In this document: positions 1 through 8,120 of the stretch, one piece after another
Layout: every line of letters starts with the position of its first letter
How positions within the stretch are numbered: the stretch's first letter is position 1
Source of the DNA: Thiotrichaceae bacterium UBA973
GTDB taxonomy: Bacteria; Pseudomonadota; Gammaproteobacteria; Eutrophobiales; Eutrophobiaceae
Direction: 5' to 3'
DNA: 64,000 nucleotides
Assembly: GCA_002292815.1 (NCBI GenBank)
Contig: DBBX01000018.1
Location: 61,209 to 125,208 of the forward strand
Translations under genes and position numbers: made by a program
The notes under the pieces: generated by a model
What the model saw: only the letters and a program-made list of their open reading frames with translations
The model's database searches: none
Told to the model about the DNA's origin: nothing

Positions 1-1
1 A

Positions 2-463
2 ATGATTATAAATAAAAAAAATATTGGGATTATCTCGTCGATTTTAATATCTGCATTAGGTGGGTTTATTTTAATGCAGAGTGTCAGTGCAGAAACAGAG
101 ATGACGGTGTATAAGTCGGCGACTTGTGGTTGTTGCAATAAGTGGGTTAAACACATGGAGGATAATGGCTTTCAGGTAAAGGCCGTCGATGTGTTGGATG
201 TGAATATTGTAAAGCAGCAGTATGGTATTAGTTATGAACATGCTAGTTGTCATACTGCGGTGGTAAATGGATATGTGATAGAAGGTCATGTGCCTGCCTT
301 AGACGTGAAACGTTTATTATCTGAAAAACCTGATGTGCTTGGTTTGTCTGTGCCGGGTATGCCGGTGGGTTCGCCAGGTATGGAAATGGGTGATCGAGTA
401 GATCATTATTCCGTTATTGCCATCGACAAAGAGGGTAACGGCCGAGTCTTTAATCAATATTAA
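2..463 (+). CDS. DUF411-family periplasmic metal (copper)-binding protein with signal peptide
   Basis: N-terminal signal peptide; CGCCNKW and ASCH motifs typical of DUF411/CopG-like proteins; ATG at 2, stop at 461-463. Confidence 0.6.
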   Translation: MIINKKNIGIISSILISALGGFILMQSVSAETEMTVYKSATCGCCNKWVKHMEDNGFQVKAVDVLDVNIVKQQYGISYEHASCHTAVVNGYVIEGHVPALDVKRLLSEKPDVLGLSVPGMPVGSPGMEMGDRVDHYSVIAIDKEGNGRVFNQY

Positions 464-477
464 TTTTAAGTCGAAAC

Positions 478-1140
478 ATGCAACGCATCCCTGAGCCTGA
501 GTTAATGACCGATGAAGGTCAAGCCATCGCTTACGCGAATGCTGATTTTGAAGAACCGCATAATCATTTTATTAAATTATTAAAAGAGTCGATTGGCAAT
601 CAACTTTCTGAATCAGGAACTGCAATGGATCTGGGTTGTGGTGCGGCGGATATTAGTATTCGTTTTGCCAAGACGTTTCCAAATTATCAGATCGATGCTT
701 TGGATGGTGCTGAAGCCATGTTAGCTGAAGGATTAAAAGCGGTTAACGCGTCGGGATTGAATAAGAATATTAATCTAATTCAAGCAAAACTTAAAGAAAC
801 TACACTTGTTGATCATCAATATGACTTGATATTTAGTAATAGCTTATTACATCATTTACATGAACCAATGCTTTTGTGGAATGCGATTAAGAATGCCAAG
901 GGATGTCCTGCAATCTTTATTATGGATCTAATGCGACCCGAATCGGAGGTTGAGGTTGCTGCACTTGCAGATAAGTATGCACAGGGTGAACTAGAAATTC
1001 TACAGCGTGACTTTAAGAATTCATTGTTTGCTGCTTTTACAGCAGAAGAAATTAAATTACAGTTAAGCGCTGCTGGACTAGAGGTCTTCAAGGTTTCAGT
1101 AGTCTCTGATCGACACTTAACTATTAGTAGGACGATGTAG
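478..1140 (+). CDS. class I SAM-dependent methyltransferase
   Basis: Motif I-like MDLGCGAADISIRFA, motif II-like DLIFSNSLLHHL, Rossmann-fold spacing. Confidence 0.6.
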   Translation: MQRIPEPELMTDEGQAIAYANADFEEPHNHFIKLLKESIGNQLSESGTAMDLGCGAADISIRFAKTFPNYQIDALDGAEAMLAEGLKAVNASGLNKNINLIQAKLKETTLVDHQYDLIFSNSLLHHLHEPMLLWNAIKNAKGCPAIFIMDLMRPESEVEVAALADKYAQGELEILQRDFKNSLFAAFTAEEIKLQLSAAGLEVFKVSVVSDRHLTISRTM

Positions 1141-1231
1141 ATATAAAAACGCTGCTTCAGACTCCTCGGCTCTAACTCCTGCATCAATTTAGTCGTGTCC
1201 TCTCGCGACCGTACACTTCATCGATGGAAAT

Positions 1232-1265
1232 AAAAAAACCGGAGCTAGATAATCTAACTCCGGTT
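1232..1265 (-). terminator. rho-independent terminator downstream of glnII (also A-run/hairpin on + strand, possibly bidirectional)
   Basis: Inverted repeat ccggag(1239-1244)/ctccgg(1258-1263) flanked by an A7 run (1232-1238), which is a U-run on the minus strand. Confidence 0.6.
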
Positions 1266-1289
1266 AGTTTTAACTTGCCGTAAGGTTAT

Positions 1290-2306
1290 TTAAACGCCAG
1301 ATTCTTTCGTTGTTTTAACGATAGCTGCTGCGACCTTATAAGGATCTGCATTTGAAGCTGGGCGACGATCTTCCAAACGTCCTTTCCAACCATCTTCTAC
1401 AGTACCGATTGGAATACGAATTGAAGCGCCTCGATCAGATACACCATAGCTGAACTCATTGATAGATTGCGTTTCATGTTGACCTGTTAAACGTTGATCA
1501 TTTTCTGCGCCGTAGACACTGATGTGTCGTTGTACGTTTTTACCGAACTCATCACAGATTCTGGTAAATGTTTCCTGTTTGCCAGATTCACGCATAGCAT
1601 CATTTGAAAAGTTAGCGTGCATACCTGAACCATTCCAGTCGGTGTGACCTAGAGGCTTGGGATGCCATTCAATCGAGAGCCCATGTTTTTCAGCAGTACG
1701 TTCTAGTAGGTAACGACCAATCCAGGTTTCATCACCAGCACGTTTTGCGCTTTTTGCGAATACCTGGAATTCCCATTGACCTGCAGCAACTTCACCATTG
1801 ATGCCTTCAACATTGAGACCTGCTTCAAGACAGATATCAAGATGGTCCTCAACTATTTCTCTACCGTAAGCATTCATGGCACCTACTGAACAGTAATAGG
1901 GACCTTGGGGACGAGGGAAACCACCATGTGGAAAACCTGGAGGCAGATTAGATTCAGGATCCCAAAGAAAGTATTCCTGCTCAAAACCAAACCAGAAATC
2001 TTCGTCGTCATCTGCTTCGTCAATAGTTGCACGTCCGTTAGACTCATGTGGTGTTCCATCGGCATTTAATACTTCCGTCATTACCAGAAATGCATTCATG
2101 CGATCAGGATCAGGAAAAACAGCAACCGGTTTGAGCAGGCAATCTGAATCGTTGCCGTCAGCTTGTTCGGTAGAGCTGCCATCAAAAGACCACATTGGGG
2201 CATCTTCGACCTTACCACTAAAATCAGACTTAACTAGGGTTTTGCTTCTTAGACTTTGTGTTGGTCTGTATCCATCAAGCCATATATATTCCAACTTACT
2301 TTTCAT
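1290..2306 (-). CDS. glnII: glutamine synthetase type II (eukaryote-like GSII)
   Basis: About 340 aa with KLEYIWLDG N-terminus and GSII-like catalytic region (GMHANFS); likely start is the ATG at 2306 preceded by a GGAG RBS (the ORF-track start at 2318 is a GTG). Confidence 0.8.
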   Translation of the reverse strand: MKSKLEYIWLDGYRPTQSLRSKTLVKSDFSGKVEDAPMWSFDGSSTEQADGNDSDCLLKPVAVFPDPDRMNAFLVMTEVLNADGTPHESNGRATIDEADDDEDFWFGFEQEYFLWDPESNLPPGFPHGGFPRPQGPYYCSVGAMNAYGREIVEDHLDICLEAGLNVEGINGEVAAGQWEFQVFAKSAKRAGDETWIGRYLLERTAEKHGLSIEWHPKPLGHTDWNGSGMHANFSNDAMRESGKQETFTRICDEFGKNVQRHISVYGAENDQRLTGQHETQSINEFSYGVSDRGASIRIPIGTVEDGWKGRLEDRRPASNADPYKVAAAIVKTTKESGV

Positions 2307-2594
2307 GATGCGTTGCACTCCTCCAAATTATTTTTTCATTTTCAATCTAATGAAATTCTTAGAAAAGTAGAAGAGCAATATATGTTCCAGTCTTGTGCAT
2401 TTTGCCAAATAGACCAGTTATGAATAAAAAAATCGAAATACTATGATTTTTTATATATTAAAATCAATCATATAGTGAGATCAAAAGGAATTAATTAAAG
2501 CGGGATATAGTGTCTATTCGATTGTTATAGACTTGAACTTATAGCACGAAACGCACCAAAATAGAGCGGTAAATGGCTTTATCTGTTGTTTTCC

Positions 2595-2611
2595 GCGCTA
2601 TTATAGTGCAC
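2595..2611 (-). promoter_or_regulatory. palindromic operator-like motif GTGCACTATAATAGCGC (minus-strand reading) with embedded TATAAT
   Basis: Shares the 12-mer GCACTATAATAG with the site at 7021-7037; GCAC-N7-G(T/C)GC geometry resembles NtrC half-site spacing; lies between the Ser/Thr kinase stop and the glnII start. Confidence 0.35.
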
Positions 2612-2630
2612 TTAAATGTTAGCTTACTGA

Positions 2631-3584
2631 TTAAGACCAATCTTCTTCAAGAAGCCGAACTAGTTCTGTGCAGCTCTGCATTCTTTTATCTACCGATTTA
2701 TCAATACATTTCATAGCTGTTGATTCAAGTAAGCGAGGCACATGGATGTTTGTTAGTGTCGATGGTTTTGGCGGTGATTCATCTAAAATTTTCATTTTTA
2801 CTTCATCGACTGTCTCGCCTTCCGCCGGAGCTTGCCCTGCCAAGATTTCATACAGGACTACTCCCAAGCTAAAAATATCTGTTCTGAAATCAATATTGGG
2901 ATCTCGCCTAATTTGCTCAGGTGACATATAGGTGATGGTACCTTGTAGTTTTTCAGAATCTGTTATCGACGATACTTTTTCGTTCGAGATTGATTTAGTT
3001 GTGTTTGGTTCTTCCTTGCTGCTGCCGTCCGGATTCCATACTTTTGCCAATCCCCAGTCCAGTAATAACACTTCACCAAAAGGGCCAACCAGAATATTTT
3101 CTGGTTTGATATCACGATGGATTACCCTGTGGCTGTGGGCGTAATCTAATGCATAGCCGATTTGGATGACGACGTTAATTAATTGCTTCAGATCATAACG
3201 TTCTCGATAATCCAGAATTTCACGCAAGGTATAACCATGGACGAGCTTCATGGTGAAGTAGTACTGACCTTTTGAATCTCTTCCAAGTTCATACATTGGA
3301 ACCGTGTTAGGGTGCTGTAGCAGAGCACTTACTCGTGCTTCTCGCAAAAAACGCTGTTGTTCTATCGGGTCATTTGCGATCTCGGGGCGGAGTTTCTTGT
3401 AGCAGATTGTTCGTGATAGATGTAAATCTTTACAGGACTGAACAATGGCCTTTCCACCACGAGCAATAGTTTTAAAATAGGCATAGCGCATATTTTGGTC
3501 AAGTTTGAGTGGTAGTTCTTTGTCAGTATTTTCAAGATAGACAATGGCGTACTCATCACTTGGTGGTTCTGGAAAAGAGGTCAT
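2631..3584 (-). CDS. eukaryotic-like (Hanks-type) Ser/Thr protein kinase, kinase domain only
   Basis: VIHRDIKPENILV catalytic loop, DWGLAK (DFG-equivalent), SPE motif, Lys in ...KAIV... subdomain II; long activation-segment insert. Confidence 0.8.
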   Translation of the reverse strand: MTSFPEPPSDEYAIVYLENTDKELPLKLDQNMRYAYFKTIARGGKAIVQSCKDLHLSRTICYKKLRPEIANDPIEQQRFLREARVSALLQHPNTVPMYELGRDSKGQYYFTMKLVHGYTLREILDYRERYDLKQLINVVIQIGYALDYAHSHRVIHRDIKPENILVGPFGEVLLLDWGLAKVWNPDGSSKEEPNTTKSISNEKVSSITDSEKLQGTITYMSPEQIRRDPNIDFRTDIFSLGVVLYEILAGQAPAEGETVDEVKMKILDESPPKPSTLTNIHVPRLLESTAMKCIDKSVDKRMQSCTELVRLLEEDWS

Positions 3585-4028
3585 GTATTTGTGTTCATGT
3601 TAATCAATTTGGTCTCGTCAATTGCTGTTTACCAAACTTAATATTACCTGTGTCGTCTGTAATATTGAACGAATTTAAAATATTTATACGATATAAGCTC
3701 ACATATTGGCTCAGATCAATCACAATGGAAATAGTAGGGCACAGGCTACCAAAATGAAAGCACTGAGCTGCCAACTCATGCAACTCTTATGAGGGAACTC
3801 TAGTGCTTATTTTATAGTGCGGTTATACTCAATGGTCTGGAACAAATGCTCAAATAATAATAAATACCAAGCTGGAATGATTTTCATATTGAGCGAATAG
3901 AGAATTTGATTGAAATGCAGTGGCTAGAGCGATCTTGAGCAGGGGTCATGCACAGCTGATACATGATTTTATCTTATTACAACTAAACAATATAAAATTG
4001 ACTGAATAGTCAGTCTCAGGAGATAACG

Positions 4029-5435
4029 ATGTCGGATAATGTAATGAAATTAATAAAGGAAAACGATGTAAAATTTGTCGACATGCGTTTCTGTGATACC
4101 ACCGGTAAGGAACAGCACGTCACCATACCTGCCAGTACAGTTGATGCTGATTTTTTTGAAGAAGGCAAAATGTTTGATGGTTCTTCTATTGGTGGCTGGA
4201 AAGGTATAAATGAATCAGACATGGTCCTGATGCCAGAATGTGATACTGCAGTAATTGACCCTTTCTTTGATGATACTACTTTGATCATCCGTTGTGATGT
4301 TCTTGAGCCGGCAACAATGGAAGGCTATGGGCGCGATCCGCGTTCATTAGCAAAGCGTGCAGAAGCTTATTTGAAATCAACAGGTATTGCAGATACTGCT
4401 TACTTTGGTCCAGAACCGGAATTCTTTATCTTCGATGAAGTTCGTTGGGGTGATGAAATACATTCCGCATTCTATGAAGTTGATTCAGATGAGGGTTGCT
4501 GGAATAGTGATCGACTCGGCGAAGACGCTAATATAGGTCATCGTCCTGGTGTAAAGGGAGGTTATTTTCCTGTTCCGCCAGTGGATTCTGGCCAGAATAT
4601 TCGCTCAGCTATGTGTACGGTGCTTGAAGAAATGGGTGTAGGTGTAGAAGTACACCACCATGAAGTTGCAACAGCAGCACAAGCCGAAATTGGTACTGTG
4701 TTTAAAACATTGACCAGAAAAGCAGATGAAATATTGATCCTTAAGTATGTCGTGCAAAACGTCGCACACAGCTACGGTAAAACAGCGACGTTTATGCCGA
4801 AACCATTGGTTGGTGATAATGGTAGTGGTATGCATGTCCATCAGTCTTTGGCAAAGAATGGAGAGAACCTGTTTGCCGGTGATAAATATGGCGGTCTTTC
4901 GGATATGGCGTTACATTATATTGGTGGTATTTTCAAACATGCCCGTGCGCTCAATGCGTTTACCAATGCTAGTACAAACAGTTATAAACGATTAGTTAAA
5001 GGTTTTGAAGCGCCAACCATGTTGGCCTATTCAGCACGTAACCGTTCTGCCTCTTGTCGTATCCCTTGGGTCTCAAGCCCTAAGGCACGCCGCATCGAAA
5101 TGCGTTTTCCGGATTCATGCGGTAACCCTTATTTCACTTTCGCTTCATTGATGATGGCCGGCCTTGATGGTATCCAAAACAAGATTGATCCAGGCGAAGC
5201 ATTTGAAAAAGATTTATATGACCTGAGTATTGAAGAAGAAAAAGATATTCCAACCGTTTGTTCTTCTTTAGATCAAGCGTTAGAAGCACTCGATAAAGAT
5301 CGTGAATTCCTGACGGTTGGCGGCGTATTTACCGATGATATGATTGACGGATACATTGCCTTGAAGATGGAAGAGGTCACCCGTTTTCTTAGCACCACCC
5401 ACCCGGTTGAATTCGACATGTATTACAGTTTGTAA
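4029..5435 (+). CDS. glnA: glutamine synthetase type I
   Basis: 468 aa, canonical GSI N-terminus ([21 protein letters not shown]) and catalytic motifs ([10 protein letters not shown]); CAGGAG RBS upstream. Confidence 0.95.
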   Translation: MSDNVMKLIKENDVKFVDMRFCDTTGKEQHVTIPASTVDADFFEEGKMFDGSSIGGWKGINESDMVLMPECDTAVIDPFFDDTTLIIRCDVLEPATMEGYGRDPRSLAKRAEAYLKSTGIADTAYFGPEPEFFIFDEVRWGDEIHSAFYEVDSDEGCWNSDRLGEDANIGHRPGVKGGYFPVPPVDSGQNIRSAMCTVLEEMGVGVEVHHHEVATAAQAEIGTVFKTLTRKADEILILKYVVQNVAHSYGKTATFMPKPLVGDNGSGMHVHQSLAKNGENLFAGDKYGGLSDMALHYIGGIFKHARALNAFTNASTNSYKRLVKGFEAPTMLAYSARNRSASCRIPWVSSPKARRIEMRFPDSCGNPYFTFASLMMAGLDGIQNKIDPGEAFEKDLYDLSIEEEKDIPTVCSSLDQALEALDKDREFLTVGGVFTDDMIDGYIALKMEEVTRFLSTTHPVEFDMYYSL

Positions 5436-5500
5436 TATCGGGCAAGTGAGCATAATCGCTTCGGACTTCTCGGTTCTAGTTTCTACATCCATGTATATAA

Positions 5501-5527
5501 AAAACCTCCTTCGGGAGGTTTTTTTGT
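5501..5527 (+). terminator. rho-independent terminator of glnA
   Basis: aacctcc-ttcg-ggaggtt hairpin (5503-5520) followed by a T6 run. Confidence 0.75.
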
Positions 5528-5639
5528 TTAATAGGGACGTTAATGAATGTATGCGGGCGCAAGGACCTCGGCCCACCCTTGAGGGCTGTGCGCTGAATTA
5601 GAGATTGAACTGTTTATTAATAATGCGAGTCCTAATAGT

Positions 5640-6182
5640 ATGAAGATTAAATTTTTATTATTTATAAGCCTGATATTTATTCCGGCTGTTTATGCAGAGA
5701 CCGTCTATAAGACGGTGGATGCTGAGGGAAACGCCGTTTTTTCTGATGCCCCATCAGCTGGAGCCGAAGAGATAAAAGTCAAAGAGGCTCAAACAATTAA
5801 TCCCCCGAAAGCGAGATCATTTAAACTTTCGCCACCGGAAGATAATTCAAAGAAATTTAATTATACCAAGCTTGTAATAATTAACCCTGAAAACGAATCG
5901 ACGATTCATGGTGGAGAGGGCAACGTAAATATTACAGTCACACTAGAACCGGAGCTCACTGAAATGGATGTGATGGTGTTATACCTGGATGGAAAGGAAA
6001 TGCTAAGCGGAAAGGCACCGCAATTTTTATTGACGAATGTTGATCGAGGCACACATAGCATCTCGGTAGCGGTAAAAAATAAACTCGATAAAGAACTAAA
6101 ACGCTCCGCTAAAGTGACATTTCATGTTCGCAGAACATCCATCCTCAATTCAAATAAGCCATCGCTTCGGAGCACTAATTAG
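5640..6182 (+). CDS. DUF4124 domain periplasmic protein
   Basis: Signal peptide then ETVYKTVDAEGNAVFSD motif typical of DUF4124; position between glnA and ntrB, as in Pseudomonas-type gene order. Confidence 0.7.
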   Translation: MKIKFLLFISLIFIPAVYAETVYKTVDAEGNAVFSDAPSAGAEEIKVKEAQTINPPKARSFKLSPPEDNSKKFNYTKLVIINPENESTIHGGEGNVNITVTLEPELTEMDVMVLYLDGKEMLSGKAPQFLLTNVDRGTHSISVAVKNKLDKELKRSAKVTFHVRRTSILNSNKPSLRSTN

Positions 6183-6269
6183 ATCAACTCTTCACAAAAT
6201 CCTGATCCGACTGCTTTTTCCGGTGCGGTAATGTTTGTGGAAGTCTATCCAATTAGTTAAGCTCAACGT

Positions 6270-6788
6270 ATGCGTCTAATCATTAGCTTAATCTTACTAG
6301 CCAATATGGGCTCTGTCGTTGCAGAGACTGTTTATAAAACAGTGGATGAAAATGGTAATATTATCTTTACTGATAAGCCCTCCAAAAATGCTGAAGAGAT
6401 AAAACTTCAGAAATTACAAACGATTAAAAATCCTAATCCGGCTAAGCATACGCCCAGCCCAAAGCAGGCTAAAGATAAAGGGCCGATATATAAAAAGTTT
6501 TTGATCGCTAATCCAGAAAATGAATCAGGGCTTAGAAGCAATAATGGTGATGTCACTATCTCAGTAACGCTTGAGCCGCCTTTACGTGGAGGCCATCGAA
6601 TCATAATAACTTTGGATGGTGAGGAAGTGTCAAATGGTCCTGTGACTAGTGTTTCATTACAAGATGTTGATAGAGGAACACATAGCATCAGTGCCAGTGT
6701 GGTCGATGGGAAAGCCAAAAATATGATTTCAACAAGTAGTAATTTTACATTATTACGGCAGCCCGCCCCTAGAAAGACCCCGAGATAA
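6270..6788 (+). CDS. DUF4124 domain periplasmic protein (tandem paralog)
   Basis: ETVYKTVDENGNIIFTD plus conserved NPENES...VDRGTHSIS block shared with the upstream paralog. Confidence 0.7.
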   Translation: MRLIISLILLANMGSVVAETVYKTVDENGNIIFTDKPSKNAEEIKLQKLQTIKNPNPAKHTPSPKQAKDKGPIYKKFLIANPENESGLRSNNGDVTISVTLEPPLRGGHRIIITLDGEEVSNGPVTSVSLQDVDRGTHSISASVVDGKAKNMISTSSNFTLLRQPAPRKTPR

Positions 6789-7020
6789 GAAATTAACCTC
6801 AACAAGTAGAAGTTTTTCATTCTTGCGCACGTTGGAATAACGTTCTAATACCGTCTTTTTTAAACTCCTGCGTTTTCTTTTGTCCACGTGAGATATAGAT
6901 GGTCTGCTTCTTGCTCTAATCATTGTCATATTCAAACAGTTTTTTTTATTTTTCTAAGTAATTGTTTTTATTATATTAAATATAAAAAATAATTTAACCG
7001 AAATATTAATATGTGAAGGA

Positions 7021-7037
7021 CGCACTATAATAGTGCA
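7021..7037 (+). promoter_or_regulatory. perfect palindrome CGCACTATAATAGTGCA (GCAC-N7-GTGC) with embedded TATAAT, 16 bp upstream of the ntrB start
   Basis: Inverted GCAC/GTGC half-sites with the same spacing as the enteric NtrC site (TGCACCA-N3-TGGTGCA); TATAAT at 7026-7031 fits a sigma70 -10 box occluded by the operator. Confidence 0.4.
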
Positions 7038-7052
7038 ATAATAAATATATCT

Positions 7053-8120
7053 ATGGAGACTTCAGCACAAACAGCCCTACGTACAGTTGAAAATTTAGCA
7101 ACAGCTGTGTTGCTATTCGATAAGGACCTGCACCTGATTTCAATAAATAGTGCGGGTGAAACTTTGTTATCGGTTAGCCATAAGCGTGTTTCTGGTATGC
7201 AGCCCAACCAAATTTGGCCAAATTCATCATTTTTCTATGAAGCCATACAGCGTTCTTTGTATTCAGGAACAACTTGTATAGAACGTGGGATAGACCTGAA
7301 TCTGAATAACGGCCATCAGATAAAAGTAGATTGCATGATTACACCGGTTGTTGTGGATCATGCTGCTGAAGAGATTCTGCTCGAATTAGTTGATGCCCAT
7401 GGTTTTGTCAGGGTAATGCAAGAAGTGAGTCAAGAGACTGTACAAGCAGCAGCAAAAGAATCGGTGCAGGGTATGGCGCATGAAATTAAAAATCCCTTAG
7501 GTGGGATTCGTGGAGCAGCGCAACTACTCGAAAGGGAACTTGACGATAAAGACCTGCTTGAATACACCGGTATCATTATTAATGAGTGTGATCGTTTAAG
7601 AAAATTTATTGACCGTATGTTAACTACCAGTACACATCCGGTTAAATTAGACCTCAATATTCACGAGGTGTTGGAATATGTCGTTTCAGTAGTACATGCC
7701 GAAAACGCACATAAGGTGAATATCAAGAGAGATTATGATCCCAGTATTCCGAATATAAAAGCTGACCGCGAACAGATCATTCAGGTAATTTTAAATCTAT
7801 TGCGTAACGCAGTTCAGGAAATTGACAAAGATGGTCACATCACTCTAGTTACACGTATTCAACGTCAGGTGACAATCCAGCATAAATTGAATCGGCACAT
7901 AATTGTAATCGATATTATTGATGATGGTCCTGGTATACCACCAGAGATTGAGTCTGGCGCTTTTTATCCTTTGGTAACGGGTCGTGCTGAGGGAACCGGA
8001 CTTGGTTTATCAATTGCCCAACAACTTATTCAATCTCATGGTGGTTTAATAAATTATGAACGCAAAGACAATAACACCTATTTCAGTATCTTACTCCCAA
8101 CGGAGCAATGCGATGAGTAA
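7053..8120 (+). CDS. ntrB: nitrogen regulation sensor histidine kinase NtrB
   Basis: PAS-like N-terminus, H-box HEIKNPLGGIRGAAQLL, HATPase C-terminus (G-boxes GTGLGL); 4-bp overlap with ntrC. Confidence 0.9.
   Translation: METSAQTALRTVENLATAVLLFDKDLHLISINSAGETLLSVSHKRVSGMQPNQIWPNSSFFYEAIQRSLYSGTTCIERGIDLNLNNGHQIKVDCMITPVVVDHAAEEILLELVDAHGFVRVMQEVSQETVQAAAKESVQGMAHEIKNPLGGIRGAAQLLERELDDKDLLEYTGIIINECDRLRKFIDRMLTTSTHPVKLDLNIHEVLEYVVSVVHAENAHKVNIKRDYDPSIPNIKADREQIIQVILNLLRNAVQEIDKDGHITLVTRIQRQVTIQHKLNRHIIVIDIIDDGPGIPPEIESGAFYPLVTGRAEGTGLGLSIAQQLIQSHGGLINYERKDNNTYFSILLPTEQCDE

Noticed and set aside
71-1187. Antisense or overlapping ORFs 71-289(-) and 852-1187(-) inside the DUF411 and methyltransferase genes
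   Set aside because: They are fully embedded in better-supported sense genes with recognisable domains; typical shadow ORFs.
3585-4028. Expected sigma54 (-24 GG / -12 GC) promoter and canonical NtrC sites upstream of glnA
   Set aside because: By eye I could not find a TGGCAC-N5-TTGCA match with the correct GG-N10-GC spacing (the best candidates have wrong spacing), so no call was made; a position-weight-matrix scan is needed.
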